Source: an uncultured Fibrobacterota bacterium (GTDB lineage: Bacteria; Fibrobacterota; Chitinivibrionia; Chitinivibrionales; FEN-1185). From it: a DNA stretch of 64,000 nt. Location of the stretch: NCBI GenBank assembly GCA_963753345.1, contig CAVWBU010000021.1, positions 64,001-128,000 on the forward strand. The letters are read 5' to 3'. The position numbers and the translations under genes are program-made. Below the pieces are notes generated by a model that was given only the letters and a program-made list of their open reading frames with translations, did not search any database and had not been told where the DNA came from. Of the stretch, positions 1 to 9,697 are shown piece by piece. Each line of letters opens with the position of its first letter. Position 1 is the stretch's first letter.

Positions 1-548
1 CAGAAGGGCGGAAAACAGGGTACCGGTCACGATGCCGCACAGTACGAGCGTCAATGTCTTTTCGCCGCGCTTTCCGACAAACGCGGACAGCGTGACCGTG
101 GCAAACACCGAAACAAGGCCGAAGGCGAAAGAAAAAAGCTGGATCCCGATCACCCCGACCGAAAGCAGTATCGCCAAGGCTGCGCCGAAAGCCGATCCCG
201 CGGTGACGCCCAGCAGAGAAGGATCCACCATGGGGTTGCGGAATATACCTTGGTAGCACGCACCAGAACCCGACAGGGCCATGCCAACAAGAACGGCCGC
301 ACACATTCGTGGCAGACGGACATTGAACAAAACGGTGTGGCTTGCACCAAACGCCATGGTGTCATGGTGCCGCAGGGCGTTCCACACTAGGCGCAGCAGT
401 TCGCCGATACTGACGGGGTAACGTCCGACTGTCAGGGCGACCACGGAAATCACGCATAGTGCGATGGCCAGCCCCGCCAGGATCAGGGGTCCCTTCGCTC
501 CCGGGGAATTGACCGACTGATTTGTCTTGTCGCCGCCGGTTGCTTCAT
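1..548 (-). CDS. FecCD/BtuC-family (type II) ABC transporter permease, runs off window start; possible MolB-type molybdate permease
   Basis: Manual translation from ATG at 548 (absent from the ORF track): MKQPAATR...LTVGRYPVS...VLFNVRLPRMCAAVLVGMALSGSGACYQGIFRNPMVDPSLLGVTAGSAFGAALA. The RLPR and Q-G-I-F-R-N-P-x-V-D-P motifs are typical of FecCD permeases. Confidence 0.9.
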
Positions 549-665
549 GCATCTCTGCAGCTCGGGAAGTTGCCGATTGTGAATTCGCTGGGCCTGAGTC
601 GTGCCGAGGATCAGTCTTGACAGCCGGATCATGTGTCAAATTCTGGGTCATTTATTTTCGCCGTT

Positions 666-1211
666 TCAATTTACCGTGTAGTAGCTGCCCAACGAGCACG
701 CCATGCATACCGGCCCTTTTTTTCCGATTGTGTCCTTGCCGTCGAACACCCTTTCTCCGCACACAACGCAGGTGACAACCCGCTTGGGCTTGCCGGGCAT
801 CTCTTCGGGCCGCAGGTTGACCCTCACTTCCCGCCATGCGAGCATCTCCTCATCCGGGATGTAAAGCGCCTGCCGGACCGCGCTTTCGTCTTCATTGTTG
901 ATCGTGCGCTCCATGGCGATGTTCAGACGCCAGGAATGGTTCGTGGTCACATTCATGAATGTCGCGGCCATCCTCCCATAGTCCTTGAGTTTGAAGCTCC
1001 GCCGTCCCAGGCGAGTACCGGTGACCGTCTGGATTGCGTCGGCGATGCAGCGGTCGTTCTCCACCACGACGATCAGGTCTTTGTAGGTGGCCGGCGCCGC
1101 CAGCGACAAACCCTTGACGGCAAGGCGCACGCCCAGCACCTGCCCCATGCACAGGTGACCATGATAAGCTATGCATTTGTCAAGCAGCTCTTCGAGTTTG
1201 GGGTCTTTCAT
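666..1211 (-). CDS. FmdE-family protein with C-terminal zinc finger
   Basis: YHGHLCMGQVLGVR, ENDRCIADAIQTVTG motifs and C-terminal CxxC...CxxC; likely start MKDPK at 1211. Confidence 0.85.
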   Translation of the reverse strand: MKDPKLEELLDKCIAYHGHLCMGQVLGVRLAVKGLSLAAPATYKDLIVVVENDRCIADAIQTVTGTRLGRRSFKLKDYGRMAATFMNVTTNHSWRLNIAMERTINNEDESAVRQALYIPDEEMLAWREVRVNLRPEEMPGKPKRVVTCVVCGERVFDGKDTIGKKGPVCMACSLGSYYTVN

Positions 1212-1293
1212 GCCATCTCCTTTTTCATCTGTTAAAGGCTTAAATATTGATATGTGATGAAAATCAATATAAGAAAAACAGGCCAAGGATTTT

Positions 1294-1317
1294 CGCTATA
1301 TAAACTAATATACAACG
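1294..1317. promoter_or_regulatory. ModE operator (imperfect palindrome)
   Basis: CGCTATATA-AACTAA-TATACAACG closely matches the ModE consensus CGNTATATA-N6-TATATAACG; lies between divergent fmdE-like and tauE-like genes, ~2 kb from modE. Confidence 0.75.
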
Positions 1318-1512
1318 AAAGGAAAACAAAGGCAAACTCCTCCATTCCGGAGATAGCGGTCTAAGAGTCAGTAAGCCGATAAAGGACAAAGACCCTTTAC
1401 CAGTGTATCGATCGGCGTCTCTTATCTTTGGCTGCTGCCTTTTTATTTTTTATCCCTTTTTCATTTCCTTTGCGTAAATTATTTATTACTTTTCCCGAAA
1501 GGACTCCGCAGC

Positions 1513-2250
1513 GTGGATGTTACTATCCTCTGGTTGACACTCCTGTTTTTGATCGTCGCATTTCTGTTCAGTTCCGTCGGTCAGGGGGGTGCCTCGGGCT
1601 ATCTCGCGGTCATGGCGCTTTTCAGCGTTCCCGTGATCGAGATGAGGCCGATTGCGCTCGTATTGAACATCATCGTGGCATCCATAGCCACCTACAAATA
1701 CGTGAAAGCGAAACGGTTTTCGTTAAGAACGTTTCTCATTTTTGTGCTGCTTTCCATTCCTTTCTCGTTTGTCGGCGGGGCCATACGATTGCCCGGCAGA
1801 CAGATAAAAATCGTCATCGGCATTGTCCTTATCCTGTCTTCCTTCCTCATGTTGATGCGGGTATATCTCAGAAGTGAGTATGAGGTAAAAAAGGTCCCTG
1901 TCCCGGTGGGGTTCATCTGCGGCAGCATCATCGGATTTTTTTCCGGATTGACCTCAATCGGCGGCGGCATTTTCCTCAGCCCACTGCTGGTGTTCTTCAA
2001 ATGGTCGAGTGTCTGGAACGCATCGGGGATCGCGGCAGCGTTCATACTTGTCAATTCAATTTCAGGACTGCTGGGACAGTTGAGCCAGGGGGTAATCGTT
2101 AATGCGAGAATCTGGCCGTTTGCGGCGGCGGTCGTGGTGGGCGGCTATTTGGGATCGGATATCGGCAGCAGGAAATTGAACAATCGTGCCATAATACTGA
2201 TACTGTTTGTCGTTCTAATTATCGCCGCAATAAAGATAATTATAACATAA
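1513..2250 (+). CDS. Sulfite exporter TauE/SafE (TSUP) family membrane protein
   Basis: SSVGQGGASGY and SGLTSIGGGIFLSP duplicated motifs, ~8 TM segments. Confidence 0.9.
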   Translation: MDVTILWLTLLFLIVAFLFSSVGQGGASGYLAVMALFSVPVIEMRPIALVLNIIVASIATYKYVKAKRFSLRTFLIFVLLSIPFSFVGGAIRLPGRQIKIVIGIVLILSSFLMLMRVYLRSEYEVKKVPVPVGFICGSIIGFFSGLTSIGGGIFLSPLLVFFKWSSVWNASGIAAAFILVNSISGLLGQLSQGVIVNARIWPFAAAVVVGGYLGSDIGSRKLNNRAIILILFVVLIIAAIKIIIT

Positions 2251-2286
2251 GCTCATCTTGATTTTTATTGCAAAACCAAAAAGAGC

Positions 2287-2433
2287 TGGGCGTTCCCCTG
2301 CTTCGCAGGGGCGGCCCTCCTTCCGGTCTCGGCCGCCGGCCTCGGGCTGCCACCGCCCTATGCCTGACGGCGGGGTCGGGGCAGCATCCCGCTATAGCGG
2401 GACCATTTTTCCAGTCCGGCCTAACGCTTGGCA
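2287..2433 (+). repeat. Structured intergenic repeat, module A only (copy a)
   Basis: TGGGCGTT-hairpin-CTCCTTCCGGTCTCGGC...CCCTATGCC...TCCAGTC...CCTAACGC, shared with 6 other copies in the window. Confidence 0.85.
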
Positions 2434-2635
2434 TAAGTCAATTTCCATTCTTATTTTCTTCCGACACCATCGGTGCCACTATGCGCAACACAGGTTCCAA
2501 TAGCGCTTGGCAGTATTAGCCGGGGTGCAAGTGGAGAGCCCCACTAGACCCTCGCGGATCCGACTATTCAGCGATCAGATATTTTCATCATTTGTTGAAA
2601 AAGTGGAGTTTTTCCTTTAGTCAATGACCTATGCT

Positions 2636-3493
2636 TCAGCCACTCTTGCGGCGCTTTTCAATCTTGAACCCGAAATCCGCTGGCGGGCCGAAATAGACGC
2701 TTGAGGTCGCGATGACCTGCGCGCCGGAGCGTGCGTACGACTCGATATTGTCAAGGGTGATGCCGCCGGTTGCGATGATAAACGTACCCCGCGAATCCGC
2801 CGCGGCTTTTTTAACAATTTTTTTGATTTCACCGGGAGCCATTTTATCACATTGGACGCCGTCAACGCCGGCTTCAACCGCGCGCTCGGCGTCCCCCATA
2901 TTGTCAACTTCAACGACAAGCTTTTTCTCCGGACATTCGGCACGCAGCCGGGGAATAGCAGCAAGCAGCCGGGAAAATCCTCCGGACAAATCGTAATGTT
3001 CCCGGAAAAACAAAACGGTCTCCGCCAGGCCGAGCCGGTGGGGCATGGCGCCTCCCGCGTACACCGCCTTGACGGACAGGTCCCGCGTTCCGGGAATTGT
3101 TTTTCTGGTTGTGGTCAGCGAGATTGACGGATTGATGCGCCGCGCGGCATCGAGCAGCATCCTTGTTCTGGTCGCAATGCCGCTGCAAAAGCCGAGAATA
3201 CTCACCGATGTTTTCCATGCCGCATGCAGTATGCCTGCAGTACCTTCTGCCGTTAGGACGACGTGCCCTTTTTTCGCCTTTGTTCCATCCGTGAGACAGC
3301 CGTGAACCGACCCGCCCAGTTTGTGAATGATTCGTGATACTTCATCGGCCCCGCAGACAATGCAATCCTGGCGGGAGATGAAAGAGGCATGGGCGGGTGC
3401 ATCCTTTATATCCAGCAGCGCGGTGGTGAGGTCCCCGAAGCGAATGTCCTCGTCGAGAAAATTGTCAATGATTGAATCGCGGATGAAATACAT
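2636..3493 (-). CDS. modD: ModD protein (NadC/QPRTase-like, molybdenum-associated)
   Basis: EDIRFGDLTT, SGIATRT, TTRKTIPG, HRLGLAETVLFF, VQCDK motifs; directly downstream of modE; a separate nadC exists at 58 kb. Confidence 0.85.
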   Translation of the reverse strand: MYFIRDSIIDNFLDEDIRFGDLTTALLDIKDAPAHASFISRQDCIVCGADEVSRIIHKLGGSVHGCLTDGTKAKKGHVVLTAEGTAGILHAAWKTSVSILGFCSGIATRTRMLLDAARRINPSISLTTTRKTIPGTRDLSVKAVYAGGAMPHRLGLAETVLFFREHYDLSGGFSRLLAAIPRLRAECPEKKLVVEVDNMGDAERAVEAGVDGVQCDKMAPGEIKKIVKKAAADSRGTFIIATGGITLDNIESYARSGAQVIATSSVYFGPPADFGFKIEKRRKSG

Positions 3494-3522
3494 ACTGCCT
3501 TCTTAACAAATGGTGACGGTTT

Positions 3523-4365
3523 TTACTCGGTTACCGCAAGAATAACCTGTGAGGCGTTGAACAACGCGCACACATCACTGCCTTTAGATAGTTTCATGTC
3601 TTCCGCGCTTTGTTTTGTTATGGTGGCGACGACGGTCTTGCCGCCGCTCAGCTTTATTTTTATCTCATCGTTCACCGCGCCCGTGACGATGCCGGATACT
3701 TTACCGCTCAGGCGGTTCATGGCGCTCGTTTTGGTTTTTTCATCATCAACCATGAGGATCACTGCCGGTGCCTTGATAAGCGCCATCGCTTTCCCGCCCT
3801 TCAGGAGATTAAGCTCCCTGGCGCTTTCATTGGTGATCACCGCGGTTATGGTGTCCTTCTCGCTGATGCGTAAAACGACTTCGGCCGACACCGGACCGTG
3901 AATGACTTTTTCAATGATGCCGGAGAACTGATTGCGCGCGCTGGTCTTCAAGATAAGGCTCCTAGTAAAATCGGTGAAAAAAGCAAAATCATTTTCTTTC
4001 CCGGACAAGGTTTTTGTGAAAACTTCGAATTGCCCCTTGTGGTGATCATACTCATCGAGGATCCTTTTGCCATAGTCGGACAGCCTGCATCCGCCGCCGT
4101 GCCTGCCACCGGTGCTGGCGACAACGAGCGGTTTCGACGAAAGGTTGTTGAGCCTGTCGATAAGGTCCCAGGCGGTCTTGTAGCTGATGCCGGTTTCCTT
4201 GGCCGCCGACGTTATTGATCCGAGTTTGTCAATGCTCTTAATGAGTTCGAGCGCGTTTTTTTCGAGCAGGTGGCGCCCGCCGAACAGGAGCCAGAGGGGG
4301 CCGGAATAGGGGGAATGGTCTGCCATGCTTTTAAACCTTTTGAAGAATCCAAATGTCCTTTTCAA
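3523..4365 (-). CDS. modE: Molybdate-responsive regulator ModE (HTH + two TOBE/mop domains)
   Basis: GSITSAAKETGISYKTAW HTH, TGGRHGGG, KTSARNQFSG and TSAMNRLSG mop repeats; start may be 4327. Confidence 0.92.
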   Translation of the reverse strand: MKRTFGFFKRFKSMADHSPYSGPLWLLFGGRHLLEKNALELIKSIDKLGSITSAAKETGISYKTAWDLIDRLNNLSSKPLVVASTGGRHGGGCRLSDYGKRILDEYDHHKGQFEVFTKTLSGKENDFAFFTDFTRSLILKTSARNQFSGIIEKVIHGPVSAEVVLRISEKDTITAVITNESARELNLLKGGKAMALIKAPAVILMVDDEKTKTSAMNRLSGKVSGIVTGAVNDEIKIKLSGGKTVVATITKQSAEDMKLSKGSDVCALFNASQVILAVTE

Positions 4366-4457
4366 AGAAAATAGTCTTGTCCACGTTTCGAAACAATATC
4401 CGCAATGACAAACCGGGAAAGTTTCATAACGAAGACATGCAAAAAATGACAGACAGG

Positions 4458-5384
4458 TCAGCGGGAAATGATTTTCGAGCAGCTCTCCCTTACCGGATAG
4501 TTCAATTCCGTCAGGCTGTATCCCGCTTTGCTAAAAAAAACGTGAACATAATAGGGGTCATTTTGTGAAACTTCCTTGATTTTCCCCAGTAAATCTATTT
4601 CTCCGCCTTTCACCAGCGTTCCCGCTAATTTTGCCGCCTTGATCCTGATCACATAGCCGTTTTTCAAATCCCCGTACCCCATGCATTCGATGATGAATTC
4701 CTTCATCTCCTTTTTCATTTTTTCACCGGGCCTATTATTTGTCAGCAGATAATTTTCGTACATGTCCAGCATGCCGTACCTGGAATCCTTCTCAAGCATG
4801 TCGACGACGGATTCTCTCCCCGGATACAGGCAGCAGAACTTGCTTTCTATGTCCTTGAGCCGTCTTAAAGAAAAAGAAGCTAGTTCCTCGTTCATTGGTA
4901 TCATTTTAAGCATGTCCGGGTAACCGCGAAGGTAGAGGAAGGACCTTGCCATTGTCCGCCTCGCCATCTTGCTGTCCGTTTTCCCAAGTATGTGGAAAAG
5001 GGGAATGTAAATCCTTATATCGTCCTCGTTCTCTTCCGACCCTTCCGGGTTGTACCATCCCAGCAATCTCGAATCAATTATGTCGGCCGCGCTTCCGACC
5101 ACTTTTTGGTCACCGGATAATTTGTCAAATATGAATTGCGATTTTCCGTCGTCCTTCTTCAGCCCTTCAAGCGTTTTCAACAGTATGATGCATCCGGCAT
5201 CCTGCACCAAAGGATCTTCCGAAAGCAGGTCCTTTTTGACGGTTTCGATAATCGTATTGGCGTCAGCATGTTTGTAGGTTTCCAGAAGCCATATCTCGTC
5301 CTGCATTTGTTGTTGGCCGCTTAATACGTTTTGCAGGAACATAACAATAAAGAATAAAATTGAGCGCATAATATTTTTTGACAT
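4458..5384 (-). CDS. Hypothetical exported protein
   Basis: 308 aa ORF with N-terminal signal peptide; AT-rich; no recognised domain. Confidence 0.6.
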   Translation of the reverse strand: MSKNIMRSILFFIVMFLQNVLSGQQQMQDEIWLLETYKHADANTIIETVKKDLLSEDPLVQDAGCIILLKTLEGLKKDDGKSQFIFDKLSGDQKVVGSAADIIDSRLLGWYNPEGSEENEDDIRIYIPLFHILGKTDSKMARRTMARSFLYLRGYPDMLKMIPMNEELASFSLRRLKDIESKFCCLYPGRESVVDMLEKDSRYGMLDMYENYLLTNNRPGEKMKKEMKEFIIECMGYGDLKNGYVIRIKAAKLAGTLVKGGEIDLLGKIKEVSQNDPYYVHVFFSKAGYSLTELNYPVRESCSKIISR

Positions 5385-5637
5385 GCAATAGCCTCTTTGA
5401 TAAGTTTTATCCTAAACTTCGAGGTTCATAGTATATTAAAGCATGAGATGGATTAATCAATTTGGGGCAAAGAAAAATTCGCGAAATAAGAATAGGTGGA
5501 TTTGTGAAAACAGGAAGATTTCCCCTTATTTTTTGTTGCGCACTTTCTACGGATTTTTTGTTTTCAATCTGGATTCCGGCATTTGCTGAAAGTAATTCCC
5601 GATCGAAGAATCTGTATATAATAATCCTAAACAGCAC

Positions 5638-6320
5638 ACCAAGGAGAAGCTGGCTTCTGAATTAAGGAATATACATGATAGGTTTCAAACAGCTTTTGTT
5701 CACCTATCGCATAATTTTGAAGAGGTGGCACAGGTGGCGGACAGGGTCGCCCTTATGAAAACAGGTTCTGTTGAACAAATAGGCACCGTGAATGAAATAC
5801 TCAAGCATCCTGTCAGCAGGTATGCGGCTGAATTTACAAGGACAAAAAATATTTTTGAAGGGACATCTGATTTACTTGAAAATGGTCGAACAGCCATTTG
5901 CCTTGGGAACGGCATTTCATTGAATCCCACGCGAGCGCATTCCTCGAAGCTTGCTTCGGGGTTAGCGAGCGACTACAAAAATGTCTTATTCCATAGGGAT
6001 GGAAAGATTCCCCGCAGCTTGCTGCGGGCTCTTTCAATTCTTGCGTTGAATATACAGGCAAGGTTTTGGTCACCATTAGGCCCGAAGCAATATGCGTAAG
6101 CGACAAGCCCTATACGATGTCCGAAAACATGTTCAGGGGAAGAGTTTTGAAAACATGGAACATGGGAATCTTCACAAGGATAGATATTGACATCGGCATT
6201 GTGGTTTCCGCGTATATGCCAAATCATCCATGTAACGGAAATTTTGGAAAGAATGATGATATTGTTTATATACACATACCACCCGAATCGATAAATATGA
6301 TTAAATGCAGTCAGGGATGA
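5638..6320 (+). pseudogene. 5'-truncated, MITE-disrupted oxyanion ABC ATPase (WtpC/ModC-like, C-terminal TOBE)
   Basis: Reads TKEKLASELRNIHDRFQTAFVHLSHNFEEVAQVADRVALM (H-loop onward) with in-frame stops upstream and no Walker A/B; continues after the MITE in another frame as SCVEYTGKVLVTIRPEAI...SENMFRGRV. Confidence 0.8.
5919..6038 (+). mobile_element. ~120 bp MITE, copy 1
   Basis: ATTGAA...TTCAAT ends; internal hairpins CGAAGCTTGCTTCG and CCCGCAGCTTGCTGCGGG; near-identical to 23591-23711 and 25057-25177 but 1 nt shorter. Confidence 0.85.
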
Positions 6321-6411
6321 TTATTTTGTTTTTTGCGAATGCTTGAAAATAACTCTGCCGGAAATTATGTTTGGTCGCTATGCAAAGAAATTCCGCCTGC
6401 CGTTTTCAATC

Positions 6412-6675
6412 ATGCTGACCGAGCACGACGATCTTTCGCGACGATGCCCGATGCTGGGTCATGAAGTGCCTTTTTCATACTGCCGGCAGCCCGGTCAGGA
6501 AAATCCGTGCAGTAGGATGTTCGACTGCTGGTGGGAAGCGATTGACATCCGGACCTTCGTCGCGGATAACTACAGTGGAGATGTTCAGAACGCCATGATT
6601 CAGCCGCCCAAACCGAAAACGCTTTCAATTCTCGAACTCATCGAACAGGCGCGCAGAAGAAATTCGGAGCGCTAA
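6412..6675 (+). CDS. Small Cys-rich hypothetical protein
   Basis: RRCPMLGHEVPFSYCR...PCSRMFDCWWE pattern; start MLTEH at 6412. Confidence 0.65.
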   Translation: MLTEHDDLSRRCPMLGHEVPFSYCRQPGQENPCSRMFDCWWEAIDIRTFVADNYSGDVQNAMIQPPKPKTLSILELIEQARRRNSER

Positions 6676-6948
6676 GCGGTTTCGCGCGCATAGGCAACAA
6701 AATGTCGATGCCTTGTCGTGATCGCTTAATGGTACCCGTTGTGCTGGCATGCCTTGCTTGCATCAAGGACGGTAACGTTCTTTGCTTCATATTGTTTGAT
6801 CGCATGTCCCCCGCATCACTGAAGAATACTGCCGACCAAGCCTACGGAGGCAAGCCGGAATTTGCCAACAAGGTGATTACAATTATTGGAATTCATACAG
6901 CCGGAACATAATTTGATATTAGCATATGCCAGAAACTCAGGGAGCCCC

Positions 6949-7398
6949 ATGCCACGACCGTGCAAGGCAAGAAGAGTAATCTGCAACCCGCAGGCCAGCA
7001 GCTTTGGCCCGAGTGGGATTGCCAAACGGGAACTTGAATCGGTAACACTATCTCTGGACGAGTTTGAAGCAATACGCCTTGCAGATCATGAGAGGCTGTA
7101 CCAGGTGCAGGCGGCAAAGAAGATGAACGTTTCCCGCCAGACCTTCGGGAACATCGTTGCATCGGCGCACAGGAAAGTGGCGGACTTCCTCATCAATTCC
7201 AAGCGATTGTCCGTGGAGGGCGGGATTGTTGAAGTCGGAACATGCCGGTTCATCTGCGCAGCGTGCGGCCACGCGTGGTCGGTTGCGCGCGGCACGGGGA
7301 GACCGGACCGATGTCCGCAGTGTAAGGGAAAGGAGTTCTGTTGTGAGAAGAAAATCGGTAAAGGGAAAAATATTCAAACCTGCTGGAGGAGCCAATGA
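6949..7398 (+). CDS. DUF134 (UPF0251) HTH protein with C-terminal zinc ribbon
   Basis: MPRPCKARRV, DEFEAIRLAD, AAKKMNVSRQTF, CAACGHAW...CPQC. Confidence 0.9.
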   Translation: MPRPCKARRVICNPQASSFGPSGIAKRELESVTLSLDEFEAIRLADHERLYQVQAAKKMNVSRQTFGNIVASAHRKVADFLINSKRLSVEGGIVEVGTCRFICAACGHAWSVARGTGRPDRCPQCKGKEFCCEKKIGKGKNIQTCWRSQ

Positions 7399-7760
7399 AA
7401 ATCTGCATGCCGGTACTTGAGGACAAAGGGATGGAATCTGTCGTTTACGGTCATTTCGGCAGCGCGCCCTGCTTCGCACTGTACAATTCGGAAACGGGAA
7501 GCGTGATGTTTTCCACAAACAAGGAAAGCGAGCACGAGCATGGGAGCTGCATGCCTGTGAGCGCACTGAAAATCCTGGGTGCCGAAGCCGTGGTGTGCAG
7601 GGGCATGGGATTTAGGGCCGCGAACCATCTTGTGGCAGCCGGAATAAAGCCGTTTCTTGTAGAGGCGGAGACTGTTGCTCAAGCGATCGCCAAGTACGAC
7701 AGCGGGGACGTCAGGGTGCTTGACGAGAGCACCGCGTGCCATGTACATGACTGCCATTGA
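7395..7760 (+). CDS. NifB/NifX-family (FeMo-cofactor-binding-like) protein
   Basis: VYGHFGSAPCF, HEHGSC, CRGMGFRA motifs; overlaps DUF134 stop (ATGA). Confidence 0.88.
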   Translation: MKICMPVLEDKGMESVVYGHFGSAPCFALYNSETGSVMFSTNKESEHEHGSCMPVSALKILGAEAVVCRGMGFRAANHLVAAGIKPFLVEAETVAQAIAKYDSGDVRVLDESTACHVHDCH

Positions 7761-7954
7761 CATAGACTGACAATCATTGAAAAAACGTACATTTGTGCCT
7801 CTCAGGTAAAACGACAGGGGAGGGGGAATGCGGTATTTACAAGATAAAACAGGGCCGCGGCTGAGGGAAAAAAACCGCACGAGCGGAGCGAAAAACCGAT
7901 ATTATGAACGGGCTATTTCTTGAAAGTTCTATCAACCTAAACGAGGGGGCGATC

Positions 7955-8962
7955 ATGTACGTTTGCAGTTATTTCGGGAAGGTGGCGATTGCCGTAGGTG
8001 TTGCTGTCTGTGGAATGGGTTTTTGGGGAGCCGCGAGCGCGCAGGATACGGTGCAGGTCAACATCAAGTCCTTACTCAATGCCCGCTCCGTAACAACCTT
8101 TTCGAACGGTAAATTGTATACATGGACTCGAGGTATAGATAACAATGGGTATGGCGACGGATACGGGACACACTCCGCAGCCATGCATCTTACACCGCAG
8201 TATACCGGGCACACCCTGCCGGACAGTGCGCGGTATCCGGCCAATTTCAATCATCCATTGATGATATTGAATTTTTCCAATTCGGACAGCACAGGTTTCC
8301 AAACGCATTTCCTTTCCGGTTCGGATTCAGTCACAATTCCGGTATCTCAGGGAAATTACTCGGCGCTCTACTTTGCCTTAATGAGTTCGGAAGGTTCGAC
8401 AGCAATCAAGGTTGTACTCAACTATTCGGATGGTCCGGTGACTTCCACCTTCACGCTGAATGATTATGATCAACCTCTCGCTGCAGGTGTTTTTCATGTG
8501 GACTCCAACATGCAAAAGTGGAGCACTACGAATGTTCCGGTTGACAACTACGGTCATAATCTCGATGGTTTTTGCGTCCCGACGAATTCATTAAAGACTC
8601 TTGACAGCGTCAAGCTTGTAAAAACTACAGCGGGAAGCTACGTCACCCTCTGGGGCGTCACCGGCGTGGGCAGCAATATAACCACATCCGTATCGCAACC
8701 GGCCGTAAGAGCCTCATCTGACGAGGTTCACTTCCTTGGCGGCCGCGACGGCAGGATTCAATTCTCAAATGTTAAGGCGGGTGCGGAACTGTCGGTGTAC
8801 TCGCTGAGCGGCACAAGGGTCGCGCGTGCTGTGTGCTCCGGCCGAGGAACGTTCACTCTCGGCGACCATGGCTCCGACGCCAGGGTGTGTCCCGGCGTGT
8901 ATATCTGCGAATTGCGGCAGGGGCAACACATGCAATGGATGCAGGTCGTGGTGCCTCGCTAG
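7955..8962 (+). CDS. Secreted protein with Por/T9SS-like C-terminal sorting domain
   Basis: Signal peptide ending ASAQ; C-terminal VYSLSGTRVA...PGVYICELR motif; GAGGGGG RBS before ATG 7955. Confidence 0.7.
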   Translation: MYVCSYFGKVAIAVGVAVCGMGFWGAASAQDTVQVNIKSLLNARSVTTFSNGKLYTWTRGIDNNGYGDGYGTHSAAMHLTPQYTGHTLPDSARYPANFNHPLMILNFSNSDSTGFQTHFLSGSDSVTIPVSQGNYSALYFALMSSEGSTAIKVVLNYSDGPVTSTFTLNDYDQPLAAGVFHVDSNMQKWSTTNVPVDNYGHNLDGFCVPTNSLKTLDSVKLVKTTAGSYVTLWGVTGVGSNITTSVSQPAVRASSDEVHFLGGRDGRIQFSNVKAGAELSVYSLSGTRVARAVCSGRGTFTLGDHGSDARVCPGVYICELRQGQHMQWMQVVVPR

Positions 8963-8998
8963 GCGTCTGATATCTTGAAATCTACCTTTTGTTAATTG

Positions 8999-9032
8999 GA
9001 GCCCGGATGACTCATTCGGGCTCTGTTATTTT
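8999..9032 (+). terminator. Rho-independent terminator
   Basis: GAGCCCGGATGA-C-TCATTCGGGCTC hairpin followed by T-rich tail, downstream of the 7955 gene. Confidence 0.6.
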
Positions 9033-9242
9033 CCTTCAATAGCAGCTATTTGCCAATAGATTTAAAAACTGCTTCACGATGATTGAGCAGAATCTCCGCC
9101 CGCCGGTCTTCGCAACTGATCTCTTGGCAAGTTGTACGGGGTTAGCATAATTCCGGCAGTAGGTGCTTATACCATATATACTGCTTTCAAGGTGGTCAAA
9201 TAGCGGATAAGGCAAAAGGGCGTTAGAACCCCAGAGCCGGGT

Positions 9243-9656
9243 TCATGATGCGGCCGATTTCATCACAGCGGCAATCTGGATAGCAGGCGGCGCGGCCAGG
9301 TGCTTTTTGACTGGGCAGGATTCGGCCGCCCTCACAACCGCCGCACGGTATTTTTCGGGAAAATCCAGCGGCAGGCCGATGTCGATCGTAATTTTGTCAA
9401 CCATATGGGTCGTATCGTTCCTGTAAATCGTTTCCGTGATTTTTATTGAATCGGTAGGGATAGAACGTGATGCGCAGAACTCGCTGACATAGAACCCGGC
9501 GCACGTGCCGATCGATGCGAGGAAAAGATCGAACGGGGAAGGAGCGCTGTTTTCCCCGCCAGCGGAAACGGGTTGATCGGTGCAAATCGTAAAGCCCTTT
9601 ACCTTTGCATCCACTTTCTTGCGGGAACCAAGCACAATTTCAAATTTCTTTTCCAC
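9243..9656 (-). CDS. OsmC family protein
   Basis: TDQPVSAGGENSAPSPFDLFLASIGTCAG and ESCPVKKHL. Confidence 0.9.
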   Translation of the reverse strand: MEKKFEIVLGSRKKVDAKVKGFTICTDQPVSAGGENSAPSPFDLFLASIGTCAGFYVSEFCASRSIPTDSIKITETIYRNDTTHMVDKITIDIGLPLDFPEKYRAAVVRAAESCPVKKHLAAPPAIQIAAVMKSAAS

Positions 9657-9697
9657 AACAGCCTCGCTGTCAAATGCTGGTTTGTCCGCGGTCCTTG

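Noticed and set aside
1335-1425. Moco/Wco riboswitch upstream of the tauE-like gene
   Set aside because: A nested hairpin exists (TAAGAG/CTCTTA, GCCGAT/ATCGGC), but I could not find the conserved Moco-motif blocks; needs cmscan
2636-3493. Second nadC copy
   Set aside because: Motifs (HRLGLAET, QCDK) and position after modE fit ModD; canonical nadC is at 58028-58888
4380-4435. Autoregulatory ModE box upstream of modE
   Set aside because: Only isolated half-sites (CATAACG) without a correctly spaced partner
6744-6762. Sigma54 promoter CTGGCATGCCTTGCTTGC
   Set aside because: GG-to-GC spacing is 8 or 12 nt, not the required 10
7395-7760. Nitrogen fixation locus
   Set aside because: NifB/NifX-family proteins next to DUF134 are widespread in non-diazotrophs; no nifHDK here
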